Positions 48,050-57,100 of a stretch of 64,000 nucleotides of DNA are shown one piece after another (the stretch's first letter is position 1; each line of letters begins with the position of its first letter). The translations under genes were made by a program, and so were the position numbers. Location of the stretch: the IMG/VR virus record IMGVR_UViG_3300017917_001996, positions 1 through 64,000 of that record. One strand, given 5' to 3'. The notes beneath the pieces were generated by a model. That model had not been told where the DNA came from. It made no database searches and saw nothing but the letters and a program-made list of their open reading frames with translations.

Positions 48050-48441
48050 GAGCTAAAGAGTTTTTATACGAAGGTCGCGAGCATTACCCGCAGGTTCATG
48101 CTGCAATTAGGGACTTACTTCCTATCGCAATGGAGGAACTAGGCCTTAAAGATCTTCCTAAGATTAAAATTGAAAAATCTTTAAACTTTAGCGGGCAACC
48201 TAGCTTTGGTGCTTACACAGGCGCAGATATTCAACTAGGTATTAACGGACGTCATCCAGTAGATGTATGCCGCACTCTTGCACATGAACTAGTCCACTAC
48301 AAACAAAAACTCGATGATAAACTAAACGCAGAATCCGGTACAACTGGTAGCCCAGAAGAAAACGAAGCCAACAGCGTTGCCGGTGTTATCATGCGTAAAT
48401 TTAGCAAACAATTTCCACGTTACATAAACAATGAGAGTTAA
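48046..48441 (+). CDS. Zn metallopeptidase-like protein (HExxH)
   Basis: RTLAHELVHYKQ...ENEAN. Confidence 0.75.
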   Translation: MRAKEFLYEGREHYPQVHAAIRDLLPIAMEELGLKDLPKIKIEKSLNFSGQPSFGAYTGADIQLGINGRHPVDVCRTLAHELVHYKQKLDDKLNAESGTTGSPEENEANSVAGVIMRKFSKQFPRYINNES

Positions 48442-49126
48442 AGATTTTAAAAATGAAATCGCCTACCATAGCCAGCTTAACTCTAAAGCCTGGGCAGGTA
48501 CTCAGCTACGCCCAGAAGTTAGATACAAACTTCTACAAGCTGCAAAATTGTTTATAAGTTATCTTGATATCAAAGGTTTTCGTGTTTTGGATGTAGTGTT
48601 AGCTGGAAGTATGGCTAATTACAATTATACTGACTATTCCGATTTTGATGTTCACGTTGTTACTAGATACGCAGACTTACAGTGCGACGACTTAGCCGAA
48701 GCATTCTATCGTGCTAAGAAACAGTTATGGAACGAACAACACGATATAGTTATACGTGGGCACGAAGTAGAACTGTATGTAGAAGATGTTGAGCAACCTC
48801 CGGTTAGTGCAGGTGTTTACAGTATTCTAGATGACAAGTGGTTAACAGAACCCAAATACAATCCACCAGAAATTAACCGTCCTGCAATTAAGCTAAAGGT
48901 ACAGGACTTAATTAAACAAATCAACGACACATTATCAACTGCCGACGATCCCGCAGACATTCGTCGCATTGCTGATAAAATCGGCGACATGAGAAAATCT
49001 GGATTAGCCCGCGGCGGCGAATTCAGTGTAGAAAACTTAGCATTCAAGGTTCTAAGGAACCAAGGATATATCGATCGTTTGTACAAAGAGTTCAATCGTC
49101 AACAAGACATTGACCTTAGTATCTAA
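48431..49126 (+). CDS. Pol-beta-like nucleotidyltransferase
   Basis: LAGSMANYNYTDYSDFDVHVV (GS...DxD), VELYVE. Confidence 0.8.
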   Translation: MRVKDFKNEIAYHSQLNSKAWAGTQLRPEVRYKLLQAAKLFISYLDIKGFRVLDVVLAGSMANYNYTDYSDFDVHVVTRYADLQCDDLAEAFYRAKKQLWNEQHDIVIRGHEVELYVEDVEQPPVSAGVYSILDDKWLTEPKYNPPEINRPAIKLKVQDLIKQINDTLSTADDPADIRRIADKIGDMRKSGLARGGEFSVENLAFKVLRNQGYIDRLYKEFNRQQDIDLSI

Positions 49127-49135
49127 GAGGCTTAC

Positions 49136-49312
49136 ATGGAAAAATACATGGACGATTATGAGTCGTATAAACGATATACCGCTAATGCAAAGTGTAAATG
49201 CGGTTGCTTTGCACATTGTAACCATAGCTGCATGACCGATGATTGCGATTGCACTGACTGTATGTGTTTAGAGTGCGAAGATAAATATCTTTTTACTCGT
49301 AGTTCAAATTGA
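49136..49312 (+). CDS. 58-aa Cys-rich metallothionein-like peptide (absent from the ORF track)
   Basis: GAGG RBS; CKCGCFAHCNHSCMTDDCDCTDCMCLEC. Confidence 0.7.
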   Translation: MEKYMDDYESYKRYTANAKCKCGCFAHCNHSCMTDDCDCTDCMCLECEDKYLFTRSSN

Positions 49313-49313
49313 A

Positions 49314-49952
49314 GTGAACGATTTAGTCCTTACTACAAACACACTCGATTCTGAAGGTTATTGGACCAAACCAATTGATAAGATAACCTTTATGCCTATT
49401 CCTGCCGATGTAGCTTTGTTTGATCAAAACGGTTATGATCTAACTGACCTTGAACAACACTATGCCAATGCCAATCTTACTCCGGCCGATTTTCATAGAT
49501 ATCGTCGATCTTTAAAAAAGAGTTGGTTTACACAAGCAGAAAAGAATTGCTATGATGTTTTAAACCATAGTCTGATATTTGAGCGCAAAGGATATGCAGG
49601 TGCAGCTCGAGAGCAATTATTAAAATGGGCCAAGACAAACCCAATGGTCCACAAACTATTAGCCTTACGACCAAAATGGGGTTTAGACTTTAGTATCGAT
49701 TGGGTTGATCCAGACGGAAATGCTTTCGAAATATTTCATTGGGAATACGACGGTTTTGACTACGATGAAATACAAGTTAGAAAATTACAGGTGCAGGCCA
49801 AAATTGCAACCACTGACTGGCACCATGCAGGGCAGCAAATGTTGCAGCACAAAGATCAATGGCACCATTTAGAATTTTTCGAACAGAGTGCTTGGAAGTG
49901 TAAATACTTTGGAATACCGAACGAGCGATTCAAAATGGTCGCTTGGGAATGA
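49314..49952 (+). CDS. Phage hypothetical protein
   Basis: Long ORF; FDQNGYDL, PKWGLDFSID. Confidence 0.7.
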   Translation: MNDLVLTTNTLDSEGYWTKPIDKITFMPIPADVALFDQNGYDLTDLEQHYANANLTPADFHRYRRSLKKSWFTQAEKNCYDVLNHSLIFERKGYAGAAREQLLKWAKTNPMVHKLLALRPKWGLDFSIDWVDPDGNAFEIFHWEYDGFDYDEIQVRKLQVQAKIATTDWHHAGQQMLQHKDQWHHLEFFEQSAWKCKYFGIPNERFKMVAWE

Positions 49953-50055
49953 ACCCCACCTTAGGGCCGTTTGTCGCTACGGAAAAAGGCGTCAAAACAG
50001 GCGGCTGCTGCCTGGGGTCCAGTATTACGCCAGATACTGCTCAAAGTGAGCATTT
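49953..50055 (+). ncRNA. Candidate structured non-coding RNA
   Basis: GC-rich intergenic stretch with four potential hairpins and a possible GGCGT/ACGCC pseudoknot; strand assumed. Confidence 0.45.
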
Positions 50056-50072
50056 CCTCTCAACCTAAACTG

Positions 50073-50101
50073 TTGCATTATTATTGCACAGTGTCTATAA
50101 T
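50073..50101 (+). promoter_or_regulatory. Sigma70-like promoter for the replication operon
   Basis: TTGCAT-N17-TATAAT. Confidence 0.7.
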
Positions 50102-50125
50102 ACATACTTTCTATTAGGAGATCAC

Positions 50126-50386
50126 ATGAGCTCACGCACATTCAACGGCGATGCAAAAATCAAACTTACACAACTTATCAACGAAGGCATGCAGGTCATG
50201 AACGAAATTGATACTCTTAGCGAAGGACTTAACGATACAGTTAAAGCAGTAGCCGAAGAACTAGAAATTAAACCAGGTATTCTGAAGAAAGCAATTAAAA
50301 TTGCACACAAAGCTAAACTCGGCGAAACTAACCGAGACCACGAAGACCTTAACACTATTCTGGAAACTGTAGGTAAGACCCTTTGA
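50126..50386 (+). CDS. dsDNA-binding protein (T4 DsbA/GapR-like)
   Basis: AGGAG RBS; LNDTVKAVAEELEIKPGILKKAIKIAHK. Confidence 0.65.
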   Translation: MSSRTFNGDAKIKLTQLINEGMQVMNEIDTLSEGLNDTVKAVAEELEIKPGILKKAIKIAHKAKLGETNRDHEDLNTILETVGKTL

Positions 50387-50673
50387 CTAATTTAATTAAA
50401 AATACATTTTCTTGGATTAAGGATGACTGGGCATCTCACCGTTTACGTTTTATTGTTGAGTTGCTTGCCTGGGGCATTAGTATCGGCTGTAGTATCACTA
50501 TGGCTCTCACGGTTCCTAATCCACCCCTACTTGCGCTTTATCCTATCTGGATCGCTGGGTGTGCTATGTATGCTTGGGCTGCTTGGACTAGGAAGTCTTT
50601 TGGCATGCTGGCTAACTACATCTTGCTCACCACCATCGACAGTATTGGGCTAATAAGGATGTTAATTAATTGA
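50383..50673 (+). CDS. Small multi-TM membrane protein
   Basis: Three hydrophobic segments. Confidence 0.65.
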   Translation: MTNLIKNTFSWIKDDWASHRLRFIVELLAWGISIGCSITMALTVPNPPLLALYPIWIAGCAMYAWAAWTRKSFGMLANYILLTTIDSIGLIRMLIN

Positions 50674-53327
50674 GTTACGTTGACGCATTATTTTCCAAAG
50701 ACGAAGACCGCATCTACGTAGTCGAACGTGTAGATGGAAAGAGACTCTACAAGGAGTTTCCGGCCAATTATATTTTTTATTACGATGATCCTCGCGGTAA
50801 ATTCCGTACTATTTACGACACACCAGTTAGTAGATTCAGTACTCGCAGTGGCAAGGAATTTTTTAAAGAACTAAAAATGCACCCAAAAAACAAAGTTTGG
50901 GAAAGTGACGTTAAGCCATTGGTGCGATGCCTAGAAGAAAACTATCTAGGCAAAGATGCCCCAAAGCTAAACGTAGCATTTTTCGATATTGAGGTCGACT
51001 TTGATCCTGTACGTGGATTTAGTCGACCTGAAGATCCTTTTAACCCTGTCACTGCTATCAGTATCTACCTCGATTGGTTAGATAAACTAATTACCTTGGT
51101 GATTGCACCTAAGAGTTATAGTCGAGAATCTGCACAGGAGATTGTTAATAAATTCGACGACTGTTATTTGTTTGATACAGAACAAGATATGATTAACACA
51201 TTCTTGGAACTGATCGACGATGCAGATATCTTAAGCGGTTGGAACTCAGAAGGTTTCGATATTCCGTATATGGTTATGCGGACCACACAGATTCTAAGTA
51301 AAGACGACACACGTCGTTATTGTTTGTGGAATCAATTTCCTAAGAAGCGCACATTCGAACGATTCGGTGCAGAGAACATTACATTCGACCTAATCGGTCG
51401 TGTGCACATGGACTATATGCAACTGTATCGCAAGTACACTTATGAAGAACGTCACAGCTATAGTCTAGACGCCATTGGCGAATATGAACTAGACGAACGC
51501 AAGACGCAGTATGAAGGTACACTAGATCAGCTATACAACAAAGACTTTCCTAAGTTTATTGAATATAACAGACAGGATACTTTGCTGTTAGCCAAGCTAG
51601 ATAAGAAGTTAAGATTCATTGACCTAGCCAACGAACTGGCACATGATAACACTGTGCTGTTGCCCACTGTTATGGGTGCTGTGGCTGTTACCGAGCAGGC
51701 AATTATCAATGAAGCGCATCAAAGAGGTTTAGTTGTTCAAAATAGGAGTAGTTCAGATGACCAAGACACGCAAGCGGCAGGTGCCTACGTTGCTTATCCC
51801 AAAAGAGGCATGCACGAATACATCGGAGCAATTGACATCAACTCGCTCTATCCCTCGGCTATTCGTGCCCTTAACATGGCACCAGAAACAATCGTCGGAC
51901 AACTCAGACCAACGCTCACTGACCACTACATAAATGAAAAGATGGCCAATGGCTCCAGCTTTGCTGATGCCTGGGAAAACATGTTTGGCAGTTTAGAATA
52001 TACTGCTGTTATGAACATGGAGCCAGGCACCGAATTAACTGTAGACTGGGAAGGCGGTGGGTCAGATACAATGAGTGCCAAAGACATTTGGCATTTAATC
52101 TTTGAAGGGAACCAACCTTGGATTCTTAGTGCCAATGGTACTATTTTTAAATATGATGCTAAAGGTGTAGTACCAGGATTATTGGAGCGTTGGTATGCAG
52201 AACGTAAAGAACTTCAGGCTAAAAAGAAAGATGCTACAACTGCTGAAGAAAAGGCCTTTTGGGACAAGCGACAGTTGGTTAAGAAAATTAACCTTAATTC
52301 ACTGTATGGCGCTATTCTTAATCCTGGATGTCGTTTTTTTGATAAGCGTATTGGTCAAAGTACAACCTTAACAGGTCGTGTTATTGCACGTCATATGGAT
52401 GCATTTGTTAATGAATGCATTACAGGCGTTTATGATCACGTTGGTGAAGCTGTTATCTATGGCGACACTGACTCTGTTTATTTCAGTGCATGGCCTGCTG
52501 TTAAAGATGATGTCGAAGCTGGGCGTATGCCTTGGAACAAAGACATTTGCGTACAACTTTACGATCAGATTGCTGAACAGGTAAACGATAGCTTTCCTGC
52601 GTTTATGGAACGTGCATTTCGTTGTCCAAGACCAATGGGCAGTCTTATCAAAGGTGGTCGTGAATTGGTTGCAGAGAAAGGCCTGTTCATTAAGAAAAAG
52701 CGTTATGCTGTATTGATTTACGATCTAGAAGGTAATCGTCTAGACAAAGATGGCAAGCCAGGCAAGGTCAAGGCTATGGGTCTAGATCTTAAAAGGAGTG
52801 ATACACCTAAGGTTGTGCAAGACTTCTTAAGTGACTTGCTCTTAAAGGTACTCACTGGTTCGCCCAAAGAAGTTGTCTATGAGCAGGTTAAAGAATTTAA
52901 GATCTTATTCCAAGATCGACCTGCTTGGGAGAAAGGCACACCTAAGCGTGTTAACAATTTGACTAAGTTTAGTGAAGCCGAAGCGAGGCAAGGTCGTGCT
53001 AACATGCCAGGTCATGTTCGAGCAGCTATCAATTGGAATACATTGAAGCGTATGCACAGTGACAACTATAGCATGGCTATTGTAGACGGTATGAAAACGG
53101 TTGTGTGTAAACTCAAGCCTAATCCACTAGGCTTTACCAGCGTGGGTTATCCTACAGACGAAACACACATACCAGACTGGTTCAAGGAATTGCCATTCGA
53201 CGACGGCTTAATGGAAACAACTATTGTAGACCAGAAAGTCGAAAACCTATTAGGTGTGCTAGACTGGAATATCAGCGAGCACACTGAAACTAAAAACACA
53301 TTCAATGACTTGTTTAGCTTTGATTAA
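50670..53327 (+). CDS. Family B DNA polymerase (T4 gp43-like)
   Basis: Exonuclease FDIEV and WNSEGFD; polymerase DINSLYPS, KINLNSLYG, YGDTDS, KKRY. Confidence 0.97.
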   Translation: MSYVDALFSKDEDRIYVVERVDGKRLYKEFPANYIFYYDDPRGKFRTIYDTPVSRFSTRSGKEFFKELKMHPKNKVWESDVKPLVRCLEENYLGKDAPKLNVAFFDIEVDFDPVRGFSRPEDPFNPVTAISIYLDWLDKLITLVIAPKSYSRESAQEIVNKFDDCYLFDTEQDMINTFLELIDDADILSGWNSEGFDIPYMVMRTTQILSKDDTRRYCLWNQFPKKRTFERFGAENITFDLIGRVHMDYMQLYRKYTYEERHSYSLDAIGEYELDERKTQYEGTLDQLYNKDFPKFIEYNRQDTLLLAKLDKKLRFIDLANELAHDNTVLLPTVMGAVAVTEQAIINEAHQRGLVVQNRSSSDDQDTQAAGAYVAYPKRGMHEYIGAIDINSLYPSAIRALNMAPETIVGQLRPTLTDHYINEKMANGSSFADAWENMFGSLEYTAVMNMEPGTELTVDWEGGGSDTMSAKDIWHLIFEGNQPWILSANGTIFKYDAKGVVPGLLERWYAERKELQAKKKDATTAEEKAFWDKRQLVKKINLNSLYGAILNPGCRFFDKRIGQSTTLTGRVIARHMDAFVNECITGVYDHVGEAVIYGDTDSVYFSAWPAVKDDVEAGRMPWNKDICVQLYDQIAEQVNDSFPAFMERAFRCPRPMGSLIKGGRELVAEKGLFIKKKRYAVLIYDLEGNRLDKDGKPGKVKAMGLDLKRSDTPKVVQDFLSDLLLKVLTGSPKEVVYEQVKEFKILFQDRPAWEKGTPKRVNNLTKFSEAEARQGRANMPGHVRAAINWNTLKRMHSDNYSMAIVDGMKTVVCKLKPNPLGFTSVGYPTDETHIPDWFKELPFDDGLMETTIVDQKVENLLGVLDWNISEHTETKNTFNDLFSFD

Positions 53328-53341
53328 TTTTACCATTGGCA

Positions 53342-53370
53342 TTGAAAAATCTAAATAATTCAAGTATTAT
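53342..53370 (+). promoter_or_regulatory. Sigma70-like promoter with nested CTAAATA
   Basis: TTGAAA-N17-TATTAT; CTAAATA at 53351. Confidence 0.6.
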
Positions 53371-53393
53371 ATCAACAACTATAAAGGAAACCT

Positions 53394-54128
53394 ATGAAAG
53401 ACCATCTTATGGACATCGTTCAACACACCCATGCACTAGGTGTGATTGATCTTATTAAAATCTCTGGAACTGCACAAGAAACTTCTATTAACGCAGTGGC
53501 TGAAGACCGTACTGTAGTGCTAGACGCTACCTTCCACGGTCCTGTTGCTGAGTTTATTGGTACATTTGGTATGCCCAACCTAGGCAAGCTAAACACCATT
53601 TTGAATATTCCCGAGTACAAGGAAGATGCAGTATTTACTATTACCCGCCAAAAGGACGACGCCGGTGATATGGTTCCTGCAGGTATCCATTTTGAAAACA
53701 AGGTCGGCGACTTTAAGAACGACTACCGTTTCATGGCAGCTAAGATTGTCAACGACAAAGTTAAGAACGTAAAGTTCAAAGGCGTTAAGTGGGGTGTAGA
53801 GTTTGAACCTACTGCGTTGGGTATTCAGCGTTTTGCTTTCCAAAGTCAAGCCAACAGTGAAGAAAGTACTTTTATTGCCAAGACTGAAGGGTCGGATCTA
53901 AAGTTCTTCTTTGGTGATACTAGCAGTCATGCAGGTAACTTTGTGTTTGCCAGCAACATCAGTGGTTCGGTTACCAAAGGTTGGTTGTGGCCAGTTGCAG
54001 TAGTTAAGAGCATTCTTAGCCTGCCTGGAGACAAGGTCATGCGTTTTAGTGACGAAGGTGCTGCACAGATTACTGTCGACAGTGGTATTGCAGTTTATAA
54101 CTATACATTACCTGCACAGCAGAAATGA
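53394..54128 (+). CDS. Probable DNA sliding clamp (gp45/PCNA-like)
   Basis: 244-aa beta-rich protein directly after the polymerase, ending YNYTLPA; a clamp loader is present in the window. Confidence 0.6.
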   Translation: MKDHLMDIVQHTHALGVIDLIKISGTAQETSINAVAEDRTVVLDATFHGPVAEFIGTFGMPNLGKLNTILNIPEYKEDAVFTITRQKDDAGDMVPAGIHFENKVGDFKNDYRFMAAKIVNDKVKNVKFKGVKWGVEFEPTALGIQRFAFQSQANSEESTFIAKTEGSDLKFFFGDTSSHAGNFVFASNISGSVTKGWLWPVAVVKSILSLPGDKVMRFSDEGAAQITVDSGIAVYNYTLPAQQK

Positions 54129-54466
54129 TTAAACATATAGTAGCAGGACCCGGTGTTAGTGTAACCGGGTCCTTTAGTACTCCATATATTAGTCCAGGCT
54201 CGCAGAGCGCTGGTATGATAAGGTACAATACTAGCTCACAGAACACAGAAGTCTACGACGGTAACAGTTGGCTCACAATGAGTTCTAATCCTAGCATTTC
54301 CTTAAGCAACGACACCATGGAAGTTTTAGACTGGGCAAGAAAAAAGATGCAGGAAGAAAAGCAGCTCGAAGACTTAATGAACCAGCACCCTGGGCTTCGA
54401 GACCTACACGAAAAGTTTGAACTAATGCGGGCATTATGCCAGACAGACAAAGAGAATGCAAGATAA
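54125..54466 (+). CDS. Hypothetical protein
   Basis: Translationally coupled ORF. Confidence 0.65.
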   Translation: MIKHIVAGPGVSVTGSFSTPYISPGSQSAGMIRYNTSSQNTEVYDGNSWLTMSSNPSISLSNDTMEVLDWARKKMQEEKQLEDLMNQHPGLRDLHEKFELMRALCQTDKENAR

Positions 54467-56015
54467 TTTAACTAGCAAACAAAACGATTACGCTGTATTT
54501 CTTCCGGCTATCAGCGGATTCTATGCTACCTTTATAGGCAAGCAACGCAACGAACAGTATGTAGATCCTGCACGATTTCCGCAGGGTCTGACAGATATGG
54601 AACAACTCAATTGGTTGAACAGTTCCAAAGGTTTGTTTACATATCGTTGGAGTCTATATTCAGGTGGTCATGCTAACTTGGATCTCGCTAAACAAGATTG
54701 GAGCGAGGATATGGTGCGTAACCGTGAGCCAGGTACATTTATCCTAGGCGACTCTGGTGGATTCCAGATTGCCAAAGGTCTGTGGGAAGGTGACTGGAAA
54801 GCTAACAGTGGTTGCCCTCGGGCGCAAAAGAAGCGAGAGCTTATTCTAAACTGGTTAGACAATGTTGCTGACTACGGAATGATCCTTGATATTCCTACCT
54901 GGGTTATTCACGATAAGAAAGCCAGTAAGGCTTGCCAAATTACTACACTGCAAGAAGCTGTAGATGCCACTAAGTTTAACAACGAGTACTTTATGAAACA
55001 CCGTAAGGGTGTAAAGAATGGTGGTGCTCGTTTCTTAAATGTGTTGCAAGGTGACAATCATACCAGTGCTGAAGAATGGTATCAGACCATGAAGCACTAT
55101 TGCGATCCTAACCTGTATCCAGACACACATTTTGATGGTTGGGCCATGGGCGGTCAGAACATGTGTGATGTACACTTGGTTCTCAAGCGTCTAGTGGCCT
55201 TGCGCTATGACAACTTGTTACAAGAAGGAAAACATGATTGGATGCACTTCTTAGGCACAAGTAAACTAGAGTGGGCAGTTCTATTAACTGTTATTCAACG
55301 AGCTGTAAGAAAATATGTCAACCCGAATTTTACTATTAGTTTTGATTGTGCAAGCCCTTTCTTGGCCACAGCTAATGGCCAAGTCTACCACCACATCGAC
55401 TTACCACATCAAGAAAAGTGGTGCTATAGAATGAGTCCTAGCGTTGACGATAAAAAATACGCCACTGACACACGAAAGTATAGTGACGTAATTGTTAACG
55501 ACGGCTATGTTAAGCACTTTGATGAAAGTCCTATTAGTCAACTGCTCAAGGTCAAAGATATTTGTATCTACAAGCCCGGAGATCTAAATAAGATTGGTAA
55601 AGAAGGTAAGACTTCCTGGGATAGTTTCAGTTATGCACTGTTAATGGGTCATAATGTTTGGACACACATCGAAGCTGTGCAACGTGCTAACAGAGAGTTT
55701 GACGCAGGTACGTGGCCTTACATGATGCAACACGATGGCAGCGATCACGAATTCTTTGCTGACATTGTAGATCGTATTTTTGCTGCGCCAACTCGTGAAG
55801 CTGCCATGGAGATCATTGATAGTCCTAAGTATGCGCGACACAATGGTTATTGGAATCAAATCATTGGCACACGAGGATTTAAAGGTAAGAACACAGTTAA
55901 TGCCAATACTATGTTTAATAACTTGTTTGAAATCTCAGATGGCAACGACGAGGACAGCGTTGACTTTAGCGAAGATGTTTTAGATAACCTAGAGCAAGAA
56001 CAAAAGGAACAATAA
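54456..56015 (+). CDS. TGT-fold 7-deazaguanine DNA transglycosylase (DpdA-like)
   Basis: LGDSGGFQ, MILDIP, VLQG, MHFLG, SFDCAS; clustered with QueD-like and folE genes. Confidence 0.8.
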   Translation: MQDNLTSKQNDYAVFLPAISGFYATFIGKQRNEQYVDPARFPQGLTDMEQLNWLNSSKGLFTYRWSLYSGGHANLDLAKQDWSEDMVRNREPGTFILGDSGGFQIAKGLWEGDWKANSGCPRAQKKRELILNWLDNVADYGMILDIPTWVIHDKKASKACQITTLQEAVDATKFNNEYFMKHRKGVKNGGARFLNVLQGDNHTSAEEWYQTMKHYCDPNLYPDTHFDGWAMGGQNMCDVHLVLKRLVALRYDNLLQEGKHDWMHFLGTSKLEWAVLLTVIQRAVRKYVNPNFTISFDCASPFLATANGQVYHHIDLPHQEKWCYRMSPSVDDKKYATDTRKYSDVIVNDGYVKHFDESPISQLLKVKDICIYKPGDLNKIGKEGKTSWDSFSYALLMGHNVWTHIEAVQRANREFDAGTWPYMMQHDGSDHEFFADIVDRIFAAPTREAAMEIIDSPKYARHNGYWNQIIGTRGFKGKNTVNANTMFNNLFEISDGNDEDSVDFSEDVLDNLEQEQKEQ

Positions 56016-56521
56016 TGGATAGAGATCCAATTAACGGTGAAAAGTTTTTCACTGGCATAGAAGTTGAACATACTCCAGCATACGGAAAGCAAACTCTGTT
56101 TGTTGTTGGTGTTCAACCAGTGGAACAAATTGCAAAGAATTTGCAAGGGTGCGAACACATCTATTTTGGTGCCAACATGAGTTTTCCTAAATTAGGTGTC
56201 AACGACGGTGGTGCATGGAGAGAGTGGGAACAGATGATTATTCCTTTCCTTAAAAAAGATTATCTGTGCACCCTAGATGTCGATATTACTTGTGTCGAAG
56301 GCCTAGTCGAAGGCGGCTTGCCCGAATATTATAATTTTATTCCGATGATTTCGGCTAAGTTACCTTACATTGGTCTACTAGGTTATAACGCTACTCTAAA
56401 ACTAGACGACAAAGGTTTCCAGGCATCCAATCCGGGTGTTTGGTGCCATAGCATTCATAGTCTGCAGGACCGACAAGTATTTACCCCGTGGAATTGTTAC
56501 GAAGAAGATAAAGGTGTATGA
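56015..56521 (+). CDS. Hypothetical protein of the modification cluster
   Basis: TAATG-coupled to the DpdA-like gene; GIEVEHTP, HIYFGANMSF. Confidence 0.65.
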   Translation: MDRDPINGEKFFTGIEVEHTPAYGKQTLFVVGVQPVEQIAKNLQGCEHIYFGANMSFPKLGVNDGGAWREWEQMIIPFLKKDYLCTLDVDITCVEGLVEGGLPEYYNFIPMISAKLPYIGLLGYNATLKLDDKGFQASNPGVWCHSIHSLQDRQVFTPWNCYEEDKGV

Positions 56522-57099
56522 TGTCTATCAAAGTTAAAAAAATCAAAACCAAACTTATCGGCCAGACTTTGCCGTTTTCCGACAACTCGAAAAATGCAAG
56601 ATACTGCGAAAGGTTTCTTATTAACGAAGGTTGGAGTATCGACCAAAATGCTAAAGGTCCAGATGTAAAAAAAGATAACCTTGTGCTCGAATTTAAGTTA
56701 AAAGATATCGAAAGTGAATCTGCGTTTACAATTGGTAAAATTACTTTTGACGCTCTTAAAAATATAAGTTACAATAAATCACACATAAAAGAAAAACTTC
56801 AACAACTTTGTATTATCGAGCACAAGGATAAGGTCGTGTTAAATGCCAACGTCTACGACTTGTCTGATTCATTTATACAAGGTTTACTCGAAGAGGCATT
56901 TGACGAAGCAAGAGAACTTATCGTTGACGGTTACGCATCAAACTATATTCCTGGAAATAGATTCGGGTATTTTGAAAGGACTGACAAGCATCCAAACATT
57001 TATGCATTCCGAATTAGAAAAAATATTATGAACACTACAATCAAGGCAATGTCTAGATCTTCTGACAACTTTAACAAACATTTCGAAATAGTAGATTAA
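56518..57099 (+). CDS. PD-(D/E)xK restriction-endonuclease-like protein
   Basis: E...GPDV...LEFKLK catalytic pattern. Confidence 0.55.
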   Translation: MMSIKVKKIKTKLIGQTLPFSDNSKNARYCERFLINEGWSIDQNAKGPDVKKDNLVLEFKLKDIESESAFTIGKITFDALKNISYNKSHIKEKLQQLCIIEHKDKVVLNANVYDLSDSFIQGLLEEAFDEARELIVDGYASNYIPGNRFGYFERTDKHPNIYAFRIRKNIMNTTIKAMSRSSDNFNKHFEIVD

Positions 57100-57100
57100 A

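Noticed and set aside
49953-50055. tRNA or pistol/HDV ribozyme
   Set aside because: No TTCGA T-loop or cloverleaf; TTAGGGCC resembles pistol but the required P1 stem and CCCTAA partner are missing
54456-56015. Canonical tRNA-guanine transglycosylase (tgt)
   Set aside because: It lacks the CxCxxC Zn motif, is much longer, and sits beside the polymerase and clamp, which favours a DNA-acting DpdA-like enzyme
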